DNA of 64,000 bases. Origin: Eledone cirrhosa. Lineage: Eukaryota. A program made the position numbers and the translations under genes. Below the pieces are notes generated by a model. The model worked only from the letters and a program-made list of their open reading frames with translations, was not told where the DNA came from and made no database searches. Location of the stretch: positions 5,828,001 to 5,892,000 of the forward strand of contig OZ024761.1 of the NCBI GenBank assembly GCA_964016885.1, read 5' to 3'. Positions 52,901 through 64,000 of the stretch are shown here, piece after piece (the first letter of the stretch is position 1; the number at the start of each line of letters is the position of its first letter).

Positions 52901-55562
52901 ATTGCTATACCACTGAGTTACATACAGCCATACCTTTGCTGGAGAGGTTTACCATTGAGGTATAGATAGCTATACCACTGTGCTACATGCAGTCATACCC
53001 TTGCGAGAGAGGTTTGCCATTGAGGTGGAGGTATCTATACCACTGAGCTACATACAGTCATACCATTGCTAGAGAGGTTTACCATTGACGTATAGGTAAT
53101 TATACCACTGAGCTACATACACTCATACCATTGCTAGAGTGGTTTACCATTGAGGTATAGGTAATTATACCACTGAGCTACATACAGTCATACCATTGCT
53201 AGAGAGGTTTACCATTGACGTATAGGTAATTATACCACTGAGCTACATACAGTCATACCATTGCTGGAGAGGTTTACCATTGAGGTATAGGTAATTATAC
53301 CACTGAGCTACATACAGTCATACCATTGCTAGAGATGTTTACCATTGAGGTATAGGTAGCTATACCACTGAGCTATATACAGTTATACCATTGCTGCAGA
53401 GGTTTACCATTGAGGTATAGGTAGCTATACCACTGAGCTACATACAGTCATACCATTGCTAGAGATGTTTACCATTGAGGTATAGGTAGCTATACCACTG
53501 AGCTATATACAGTTATACCATTGCTGCAGAGGTTTACCATTGAGGTATAGGTAGCTATACCATTGAGCTGCATACAGTCATACCATTGCTAGAGTGGTTT
53601 ACCATTGAGGTATAGGTCGGTATGCCACTGAGCTACATACAGTCATACCATTGCTGGAGAGGTTTACCATTGAGGTATAGGTAGCTATACCACTGAGCTA
53701 CATACAGTCATACCATTGCTAGAGAAGTTTACCATTGAGGTATAGGTCGGTATGCCACTGAGCCTCATGAGTTCATACCATTGCTAGAGTGATTTACCAT
53801 TGCGGTAGCGATAGCTATACCTCTGAGCTACATACAATCATACCATTGCTGGAGAGGTTTACCATTGAGGTATAGGTAGCTATACCACTGAGCTACATAC
53901 AGTCATACCATTGCTGGAGAGCTTTACCATTGAGGTAGTGATAGCTATACCACTGAGCTACATACAGTCATACCATTGCTAGAGAGGTTTACCATTGAGG
54001 TATAGGTAGCTATACCACTGAGCTACATACAGTCATACCATTGCTAGACAGGTTTACCATTGAGGTAGTTATAGCTATACCACTGAGCTACATACAGTCA
54101 TACCATTGCTAGAGAGGTTTACCATTGAGGTATAGGTAGCTATACCACTGAGCTACATACAGTCATACCATTGCTGGAAAGTTTTACCATTGAGGTATAG
54201 GTAGTATACCACTGAGCAACATACAGTCATACCATTGCTGGAGAGGTTTACCATTGAGGTATAGGTAATTATACCATTGAGGTATAGGTAATTATACCAC
54301 TGAGCTACATACAGTCATACCATTGCTAGAGTGGTTTACCATTGAGGTATGGGTAGCTATACCAATGAGCTACATACAGTCATACCATTGCTGGAGAGGT
54401 TTACCATTGAGGTATAAGTAGCTATACCACTGAGCTACATACAGTCATACCATTGCTGTAGAGGTTTACCATTGAGGTATAGGTAGCTATACCACTGATC
54501 TACATACAGTCATACCATTGCTGGAGTGGTTTGCCATTGAGGTGTAGGTAGCTATACCATTGAGGTATAGGTAGCTATACCATTGAGGTATAGGTAGCTA
54601 TACCACTGAGCTACATACTGTCATACCATTGCTAGAGAGGTTTACGATTGAGGTATAGGTAATTATACCACTGAGCTACATACAGTCATACCATTGCTGG
54701 AGAGGTTTACCATTGAGGTATAGGTAGCTATACCACTGAGCTATATACAGTTATACCATTGCTGCAGAGGTTTACCATTGAGGTATAGGTAGCTATACCA
54801 TTGAGCTGCATACAGTCATACCATTGCTAGAGTGGTTTACCATTGAGGTATAGGTAGCTATACCACTGAGCTCCATACAGTCATACCATTGCTGTAGAGG
54901 TTTACCATTGAGGTATTGGTCGGTATGCCACTGAACCTCATGCAGTCATACCATTGCTAGAGAGGTTTACCATTGAGGTAGTGATAGCTATACCACTGAG
55001 CTACATACAGTCATACCATTGCTAGAGAGGTTTACCATTGAGGTAGTGATAGCTATACCACTGAGCTACATACAGTCATACCATTGCTAGAGAGGTTTAC
55101 CATTGAGGTAGTGATAGCTATACCACTGAGCTACATACAGTCATACCATTGCTAGAGAGGTTTACCATTGAGGTAGTGATAGCCATACCACTGAGCTACA
55201 TACAGTCATACCATTGCTAGAGAGGTTTACCATTGAGGTATAGGTAGCTATACCACTGAGCTACATACAGTCATACCATTGCTAGAGAGGTTTACCATTG
55301 AGGTATAGGTAGCTATACCACTGAGCTACATACAGTCATACCATTGCTAGAGAGGTTTACCATTGAGGTATAGGTAGCTATACCACTGAGCTACATACAG
55401 TCATACCATTGCTAGAGAGGTTTACCATTGAGGTATAGGTAGCTATACCACTGAGCTACATACAGTCATACCATTGCTAGAGAGGTTTACCATTGAGGTA
55501 TAGGTAGCTATACCACTGAGCTACATACAGTCATACCATTGCTAGAGAGGTTTACCATTGAG
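52900..55562. repeat. 65-bp higher-order repeat (23+23+19), about 40 copies
   Basis: TACCATTGAGGTATAGGTAGCTA / TACCACTGAGCTACATACAGTCA / TACCATTGCTAGAGAGGTT. Confidence 0.95.
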
Positions 55563-55658
55563 AGAAGTAACGGAACAGAGAAGAGGAAACACATTTCTGA
55601 AATAGCAAAGTGTTATCACATTTTGTGATGTGGAATACTGATTCTATGACTGGATAAA

Positions 55659-56075
55659 GTGGTGGTGGTGGTGGTAGTGGTGGTGGGCGGTGTTGGTGGT
55701 GGTGGTGGTGGTGGTAGTGGTGGTGGGCGGTGTTGGTGGTGGTGGTGGTGGTGGTGGTAGTTGTGGTGGGCGGTGTTGGTGGTGGTGGTGGTGGTGGTAG
55801 TGGTGGTGGGCGGTGTTGGTGGTGGTGGTGGTGGTAGTGGTGGTGGGCGGTGGTGGTGGTGGTAGTAGTAGTGGTGGTGGTGGTGGGCGGTGTTGGTGGT
55901 GGTAGTGGTGGTGTTGGTGGTGGTGGTGTTGGTGGTGGTGGTGGTGGTGGTGTTGGTGGTGTTGATGGTGGTAGTGGTAGTATTAGTAGTACTGGTAGTA
56001 GTAGTAGTAGTAGTAGTAGTCGTAGTAGTAGTAGTGGTAGTAGTAGTAGTCGTAGTCGTAGTAGTAGTAGTAGTG

Positions 56076-56115
<40 letters not shown>

Positions 56116-56285
56116 TAGTAGTAGTGTTAGTAGTATTAGCAGTATAGTAGTAGTGGTAGTAGTATTAGCAGCAGTAGTAGTAGTAGTAGTAGTAGTAATG
56201 GTAGTAGTATTAGCAGTGGTAGTAGTAGTAGTGATATTGGTGGTGGTGGTGGTGGTGGTAGTAGTAGTAGTGGTAGTGGTAGTAT
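55659..56285. repeat. (GGT)n/(AGT)n repeats
   Basis: Direct inspection. Confidence 0.95.
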
Positions 56286-56361
56286 TCTCTCTGCTGACGA
56301 GGACACCGAAGAAAAAACAATGTCATGAAATTTGAACTTGTGAACCTGGTTTCATTTCTAT

Positions 56362-56688
56362 AGGAGTGGTGCCGGATTAAACAGGAAGGGTGCCGGATGA
56401 TATAGGAGTGCCGGATTATAGAGCAGGAGTACCGGATTAAACAGGAGGAGTGCCAGATTAAACAGGAGTGGTGCCGGATTAAACAGGAGGGATGCCGGAC
56501 TATATAAGATGGGTGCCGGATTAAACAGGAATGTTGCCGGATTTAACAAGAGTGGTCCCGGATTAAACAGGAATGGTACCGGATTAAACAGGATGTGTGC
56601 AGAATTATATAGGAGGGGTGCCGGATTAAACAGGAGGGGTCCCGGATTAAACAGGAGGGATGCCGGATATATAGGCGGAATGCCGGAC
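56362..56688. repeat. 21-bp degenerate minisatellite (GCCGGATTAAACAGGAGGGGT), about 15 copies
   Basis: Direct periodicity. Confidence 0.9.
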
Positions 56689-57071
56689 TACGTGTTGTGT
56701 CTGTCTGGCGTTCTTTTTCTTCTTCCATGTAAAGACCATATTGTTTCCACATCAACACAGTCTCTCTCTCTTCCTCCCTCCCATGACGTCATCAGGTCAT
56801 ATCCGGCGGAAGGTCAACAAACACATTGGGCTTCCATTGTTGCAAGTTTAAAGTAAAAAACGTGTTACATCGAATCACGCAACTGTTTACACCAATGGTA
56901 TGTATATATATATATATATATACACATATATATATATATATACAAAGAGAGATAAATAGATAGATATGGGTGTGCGTATATATACGTATAAATATATATA
57001 TATACATACATATATATATACATACACACACATATATATATATACATATATATCTATATATATATATATAC

Positions 57072-57162
<91 letters not shown>

Positions 57163-57166
<4 letters not shown>

Positions 57167-57317
57167 TGTTTCTACTTTAGGCACAAGGCCAGCAATTACC
57201 CAGTGCATTACTGGTACTTTATTTTATCGACCCCGTAAGGATGAAAGGCAAAGTCAACCTCGAAGTAAGACCCCGACGGCTGAGTTCAAGCCGTTTCGAC
57301 GGCTAATTCTGGACTGT
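57163..57317. mobile_element. Truncated SINE (minus) fused to a family D arm fragment
   Basis: SINE 3' half at 57163-57262, then AAGTAAGACCCCGACGGCTGAG...CTGGACT. Confidence 0.8.
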
Positions 57318-57533
57318 AGATATATATATATATACGTATAAACATAGATATATATATATATATATATATACGTATAAACATATATATACGTGTATATATA
57401 TATATGTATATATATATATGTATGTATATACGTATATATATATGTATATATATGTATGTATACACGTACATATATATATATATACGTATATACATACATA
57501 TATATATATGTATATATATATGTATGTATATGC

Positions 57534-57571
<38 letters not shown>

Positions 57572-57583
57572 GTATATACATAC

Positions 57584-57661
<78 letters not shown>

Positions 57662-57921
57662 TATATATATATATATATATATATATACGTATATACATAA
57701 ATATATATATATACACTATATATATATATATATATATATATACGTATATACATAAATATATATATATATATATATACATATATATACGTATATACATACA
57801 TATATATATATATACACTTGTGTGAGTGTGTATGATCTTACGTATTTATAGTGGTGGGTGTTGCCATATCCATGCGCATTTCTATAGGTGTATATGTCTT
57901 GTTGCGAACGATGATATGTAT

Positions 57922-58001
<80 letters not shown>

Positions 58002-58180
58002 CACACACACCTTTTTTTCTCTTTCTTTTCTTTCCCTTTCTCCATACTCCAACAGCATATTTTAAATCTACTGTGATTTAAACCTATCCGACACTAATTT
58101 ACATAATAGACTAAATAAAGTTAGTAACCCCACTATCCGGGAGCTTCCAACAGAAATGGTCGCATTCTTTAAGGGTATGT

Positions 58181-58360
58181 GGTTTGGCAGTATCGGTAAC
58201 GGTCGGACGCCATGCTTTGAAGCATAGAGTTACCTCCCTTTATGATCTGAGTTCAAATCCCGCCGAGGTTAACTTTGCCTTTCATCCTTACGGGGTCGAT
58301 AAAATAAAGTACCAGTAATGCAGTGGAATAATTGCTGGCCTTGTGCCAAAAGTAGAAACT
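58181..58360 (+). mobile_element. SINE with 17-bp TSD inserted in a family C element
   Basis: TSD ATTCTTTAAGGGTATGT at 58164-58180 and 58361-58377. Confidence 0.9.
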
Positions 58361-58368
58361 ATTCTTTA

Positions 58369-58592
58369 AGGGTATGTCAATATTTATTTATAAAACTGCT
58401 CTATATTATATTTTATCTGATGAAAGCGCACCATAATTTAACTTTGTGTCCTTGAAATATGTATAATGAAATAAATATGGTTTCGATTTGTTAATATATC
58501 GTATTTTTACTCCAATAATTTGTTGAGTGCTTTATATCAGTTATAAACATATTTGCTTGTTGTATCCCAACAATTTAAATAGAACTTTTACA
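58369..58592 (+). mobile_element. Family C terminus with HHR (CTGATGA at 58417-58423)
   Basis: TATTTTAT-CTGATGA-aagcgcac..gtgtcctt-GAAA-TATGTA-TA-ATGAAATA, then the tail into (TA)n. Another fragment lies at 58820-58875 (minus). Confidence 0.8.
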
Positions 58593-58607
58593 TATATATA
58601 TATATTT

Positions 58608-58812
58608 CTAAGGCGGGTAAAATTCCCTAGATCCTTGGACGAGTTCTCTCCAGCGGTCTCTGTCCCTCATTATCGCTGCCATGTCCTGCATCTCCAACAG
58701 ACCAGTGTCTGTCCTTAGGGCATCAACATATGTTAACCTTGGTCTTCCTCTTCTAGTGTGTCCATGTACGGGCTCCCAAAAGAGCACTGAGTGCAATGTC
58801 AACTCTGAATGT
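58608..58812 (-). pseudogene. RTE-type LINE ORF C-terminal fragment
   Basis: VLFWEPVHGHTRRGRPRLTYVDALRTDTG...MRDRDRWRELV. Confidence 0.8.
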
Positions 58813-59084
58813 CGGTTATACGTATTTCAAGGACACCAAAGCAAATTATGGTGTGCTTTCATCAGATAAAATATAGCTGGACATATATATATATAACTGA
58901 TATATATGTATATATATATTTATACATATATATATATATGTTTATACATATATATATGTATAAATATATGTATAAATATATATATATATATATACATACA
59001 TATACTCTTTTACCCTTTTACCTGTTTCAGCCATCCGGCTGAGGCCATGCTGGGGCACCGCCCTTGATATATATATATATATAT

Positions 59085-59771
59085 ATATGTTTGTATATGT
59101 GTGCGTGTCTACGTGCGTCTACGTGTGTCTGTGTCTCTGCATGTGTACGTGTCTGTGTGTGTGTGTTTGTGTCTGTCTGTGTGTGTGTCTGTGTGTCTGT
59201 ATGTGTGTTTGTGTGTATGTCTGTGTATGTCTATGTGTGTATGTCTATCTGTCTGTGTATGTATATATGTATGTATGTGTGTGTGTGTGTCTGTATGTAT
59301 GTGTGTATGTATGTCTGTCTGTGTGTGTGTATGTGTATGTGTCTCTCTGTGTGTGTGTCTCTCTGTGTGTGTGTCTGTCTGTATGTGTGTGTATGTGTCT
59401 ATCTGTCTGTGTGTGTATGTGTGTCTGTATGTATGTGTGTATGTGTCTGTATGTGTGTATGTATGTATGTGTGTATGTGTCTATCTGTGTGTATGTATGT
59501 GTGAGTATGTATGTATCTCTATGTATGTATGTGTGTGTGTATATATGTATGTGTGTGTGTGTATATGTGTATGTGTGTATGTATGTATGTGTGTGCATGA
59601 ATTTATGTATGTGTATGTATGTATGTATGTGTGTATGTATGTGTGTGTATGTATGTATGTATGTGTGTATGAATGTATGTATGTGTATGTATGTATATAT
59701 GTATGTGTGTATGAATGTATGTATGTATGTATGTATGTATGTATGTGTGTATGTATGTATGTATGTATGTA

Positions 59772-59802
<31 letters not shown>

Positions 59803-59967
59803 ATGTGTGTATGTGTGTATGTATGTATGTGTGTGTGTATGTATGTATGTATGTATGTGTGTATGTATGTATGTATGTATGTATGTGTGTATGTATGTAT
59901 GTGTGTATGTGTGTATGTATGTGTGTATGTATGTATGTATGTATGTATGTATGTATGTATGTATGTA

Positions 59968-59998
<31 letters not shown>

Positions 59999-60052
59999 AT
60001 GTGTGTATGTGTGTATGTATGTATGTGTGTGTGTGTATGTGTGTGTATGTGT
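59085..60052. repeat. (TG)n/(TATG)n microsatellite
   Basis: Direct inspection. Confidence 0.97.
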
Positions 60053-60212
60053 AAGAGTGATTCTGTAAACTTCCCTGTTAGAACATCCGGGATACTTCTG
60101 ACAGAACGGAGGTAACGCCCAAATTAGAATATTAATGAAATTAAGGTTTGTGTAATTCCTCTGGCATGGTTCGAATCCCAGTCTTACACCCCTCCCCATC
60201 AAGGCCGGTCAA

Positions 60213-62300
60213 CTGGCAGTATCGGTAGAGCGTCGGACGCCATGTTTTGCAGCATAGAGTTACCACCCTTTACGTTCTGATTTAAAACCCCACTGAGATT
60301 AGTTCTGCCTTTCATCCTTTCGGGGTCAATAAAATATAGTACCAGTAATGCACTGGGGTATTTGCTGGCCTAGAGCTTAAAGAAGAAGAAACAATTATTA
60401 TTTCCAGCGATGGTTTGGGGTGGTGGATTGGCAGTATCGGTAGAATGTCAGACACGATGCTTTTCAGCACAGAGTTATGGCCCTTTAGTACTGATTTCAA
60501 ATCCCGCCGAGGTTAACTTTGCCTCTCATCCTTACGGGGTCGATAACAGAAAGTACCAGTAATACACTGGGGATAATTGCTGGGCTTGTGCCTAAAGTAG
60601 AAACAATTATTTTCCATGAATACTTCCTATGTTGTAGCCTCAAATGTGTTATTAAGCCAGTGTACAGGCTTGGCGCTACTATTTAGGCGAACTGGGCAGC
60701 CGACAAGGGCACAAACCTCATAGTACCGCATTAATGAACTTTAATGAGTGAGAGTTTCATATAAATTTGTATAATGAAATGAAATAGGATGTCGTTATTG
60801 TTATTGAATTGGGTGGATTGGCAGTATCGGTAGAGGGTCGGACGCCATGCTTTCCAGCAGAGTTACGTCCCTTTACGATCTGAGTTCAAATCCCGCCGAG
60901 GTTGACTTTGCCTTTCATCCTTACGGGGTCGATAAAATAAAGTACCAGTAATGCACTGGGTATTTGCTGGCCTTGTGCCTAAAGTAGAAACAATTATTGT
61001 TATTGAATTGGCAGTATCGGTAGAGGGTCGGAGGCCATGCTTTCCAGCAGAGTTACGTCCCTTTACGGTCTGAGTTCAAATCCCGCTGAGGTTGACTTTG
61101 CCTTTCATCCTTACGGGGTCGATAAAATAAAGTACCAGTAATGCACTGGGTAATTGCTGGCCTTGTGCCAAAAGTAGAAACAATTATTGTTATTTCCAGC
61201 TCTGGTGGTGGATTGGCAGCATCGGTAGAGCGTCGGAGAAAATACTTTCCTTTCTTTTAGCAATCCCCCGTAACAATGACATGCAAAGATAACCTCTGCG
61301 GGATTTGGACTCAGAACATAAAGGGACATAACTATGTGCCACAAAATAGGGTGTCCGATGCTCTACCGATTGCTGCCAATCCACTGCACTTAATGATAAT
61401 TATAATAATCTAAACTATAATAAAGTAGGGAGTGCGGGACTGTGTCCAGAATATGTTTTTTTATCCCGTTTGTAAAATAAGCCGGATTACTTTGAATAAA
61501 TAATTGTTTCTACGTTAGGCACAAGGCCAGCAATTACTGGTACTTTATTTTATCGACCCCGTAAGGATGAAAGGCAAAGTCAACCTCGGCGGGATTTGAA
61601 CTCAGATCGTAAAGGGACGTAACTCTGCTGGAAAGCATGGCGTCCGGACCTCTACCGATACTGCCAATCCACGGCTTTGAATAAATAATGAATGAATATT
61701 ACATAATTTATCTACTAAATTTCGTAACTCTTGATTAAGTATAAATGATTTTATTGCTTATTTAAAGATTCACTTCTTTAAAATTTTCAAATGTCAACAC
61801 TTTCCGGTTAGCGATAGTTATATTACACTTATTACATTGCTTATATAAACATTAATATATTTCTGTCGTTAATTTTCCCCTAATGCATTTTATATATAAT
61901 ATCGTCTGTTTTAATGTACCATGGATTACGTTACTGATTACATAAGACAGTGTAACACAGTCTTCGTTCAATTTCTGTGTATATTGTCAATTACGATGTT
62001 ATTTGATGTATCATATCTACATGTATATATACTTGCGTATAATATCAATATACACACTACACAGGCCAGCAGAAAATCACCCGAAGAGTGGTTTTTCTGC
62101 TAGTAATAATAATTGTTTCTACTTTTGGCACAAGGCCAGCAATTACCTCAGTGTATTACTGGTACTTTATTTTATCAACCCCGTAAGGATGAAAGACAAA
62201 GCTAACTTCGGCGTGATTTGAACTCAGACCGTAAAGGGCCATAGCTCTATGCCGCAAAGCATGGCCTCGACACTCTACCGATACTGTCAATCCACCGCCC
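60213..62300. mobile_element. SINE cluster, 7-8 copies in both orientations
   Basis: Plus: 60213-60400, 60420-60610, 60812-60995, 61008-61187. Minus: 61288-61385, 61500-61672, 62110-62300. Confidence 0.88.
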
Positions 62301-62490
62301 TTAACGCTAAATTATTATTAACAATAAACCGTATTTGCCGGCCTATTGGACGTCCCTTCGCATTTTTATATTTTACCTTTTATGTTGACGTTAATAGACA
62401 CCGAAATGGACCACGTCTGATATTCGCGGTTTCTCTAGGAACGTAACTCAGTGAATACTGGGGGACAACTGTGTATATATATATTTACGT

Positions 62491-62575
<85 letters not shown>

Positions 62576-62662
62576 CGTTGCCATAACGACAGTAATGAGA
62601 AGCTGATGATGGCGATAATGTCATGTGTCATAACAGTGATGTTCCATCTTTGACACTAATTA

Positions 62663-63032
62663 GTGGTGGTCAGTGGTGGTGGTGGTGGTGACAGTGGTGG
62701 TCAGTGGTGGTGGTGGTCAGTGGTGGTAGTGGTGGTGGTGGTGACAGTGGTGGTCAGTGGTGGTGGTGGTGGTGGTGACTGGTGGTGGTGGTGGTGGACA
62801 GTAGTGGTAGTGGTGGTGGTGGTCAGTGGTGGTCAGTGGTGGTGGTGGTGGTGACAGTGGTGGTGGTGGTGGTGGTGGTCAGTGGTGGTCAGTGGTGGTG
62901 GTGGTGGTGATCGTGGTGGTGACAGTGGTAGTGGTGGTGGTGGTGGTGGTGACAGTGGTGGTGGTGGTGCTGGTATTGGTGGTCAGTTGTGGAGTGACAC
63001 AGATACAAACTGATGGGTGTATAGATACACAC

Positions 63033-63072
<40 letters not shown>

Positions 63073-63410
63073 ATATATAAATATAACGAAGGAGGTTTGG
63101 TAAGGAAGCAGATGGACCATAACGCACCAGAGTACTCAATACTTAGGGTAGTAGAGTGGGTAATAAAGAGAGAGGGGGGTGAGAGAGAGAGAGAGAGAGA
63201 GTTGAGACGAGAGAGAGAGAGTGTATTTATGGGAGAGAGAAAGAGAGTGTGTGTGGGAGAGAGAGGAAGAGTGAGAAAGAAAGAGAGAGAGGGAGTGGGA
63301 GAGAGAGAAAGAGAGCGAGAGAGAGAGAGAGGGAGAGAGAAAGAGAGAGTGTGGGAAAGAGAGAGTGTGCGAGAGAGAGACAGAGTGAGTGGGAGAGAGA
63401 GAGATAGACT

Positions 63411-63464
<54 letters not shown>

Positions 63465-63560
63465 TGACCACTATTTAGACTAGTGTATGACACAATCCGA
63501 AACCGTTTGGAGCCGAAATCGAGATGTTACACATCTCTCTCCCTCTGTCTCGTCTCAGTC

Positions 63561-63592
<32 letters not shown>

Positions 63593-63707
63593 GTCTCAGT
63601 CTCTCTCTCTCTCGTCTCAGTCTCTCTCTCTCTCTCGTCTCAGTCTCTCTCTCTCTCGTCTCAGTCTCTCTCTCTCTCGTCTCAGTCTCTCTCTCTCTCC
63701 CTCGTCT

Positions 63708-63749
<42 letters not shown>

Positions 63750-63788
63750 AGTCTCTCTGTCTCTCTCTCTCCCTCTCTTTCGTCTCAG

Positions 63789-63828
<40 letters not shown>

Positions 63829-63859
63829 TAGACTCTCTCTCTCTCACACTCTCGTCTCA

Positions 63860-63896
<37 letters not shown>

Positions 63897-63959
63897 TCTT
63901 TCTCTATCTATCTCTCCCTATATATACTGTGCTTGTTTGTAGTAGTATTAGTAGTGGTG

Positions 63960-63992
<33 letters not shown>

Positions 63993-64000
63993 ATAGTAGT
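62663..64000. repeat. (GGT)n, (CA)n, (GA)n, (TC)n and (AGT)n microsatellite mosaic with a family D tail at 63083-63165
   Basis: Direct inspection. Confidence 0.9.

Noticed and set aside
49200-55562. CRISPR-like arrays (also 1-1137, 13264-14280, 47590-48825)
   Set aside because: Head-to-tail tandem units with no unique spacers, no cas genes, and a eukaryotic context.
60666-60712. Possible hAT-type DNA transposon end (CAGGCTTGGCGCTACTATTTAGGCGAACTGGGCAGCCG)
   Set aside because: No partner TIR or TSD found in the window; resemblance is from memory only.

Overview
Repeat-saturated, AT-rich animal genomic DNA with no confidently identifiable host gene. The SINE families and microsatellite load suggest an octopod cephalopod (inference from recall, not a search). 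Contents: (i) five Tx1/L1-group LINE copies, two near full length but inactivated (25.5-31.0 kb +, 42.0-47.6 kb -), several sitting in microsatellites; (ii) a near-complete Penelope-like element (PLE; RT + GIY-YIG, Naiad-like, 17.9-21.8 kb -) with an inverted terminal arm, plus a second decayed PLE ORF; (iii) many (TA)n-flanked asymmetric palindromes from at least six PLE-type terminal families, most carrying type I hammerhead ribozyme (HHR) motifs; (iv) fragments of RTE, CR1-group and R4/Dong LINEs, a probable non-autonomous Helitron, and about 20 tRNA-derived SINEs; (v) minisatellites of 21-74 bp, several traceable to TE fragments. The most interesting signal is the HHR repertoire: a U3-A8 covariant core in the PLE, HHRs with ~100-nt stem II inserts, a 2-kb ORF-less HHR element, and palindrome centres that repeatedly map to HHR stem II. 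Most long ORFs in the track are microsatellite artefacts. All structures were paired by eye; no searches or folding were run.
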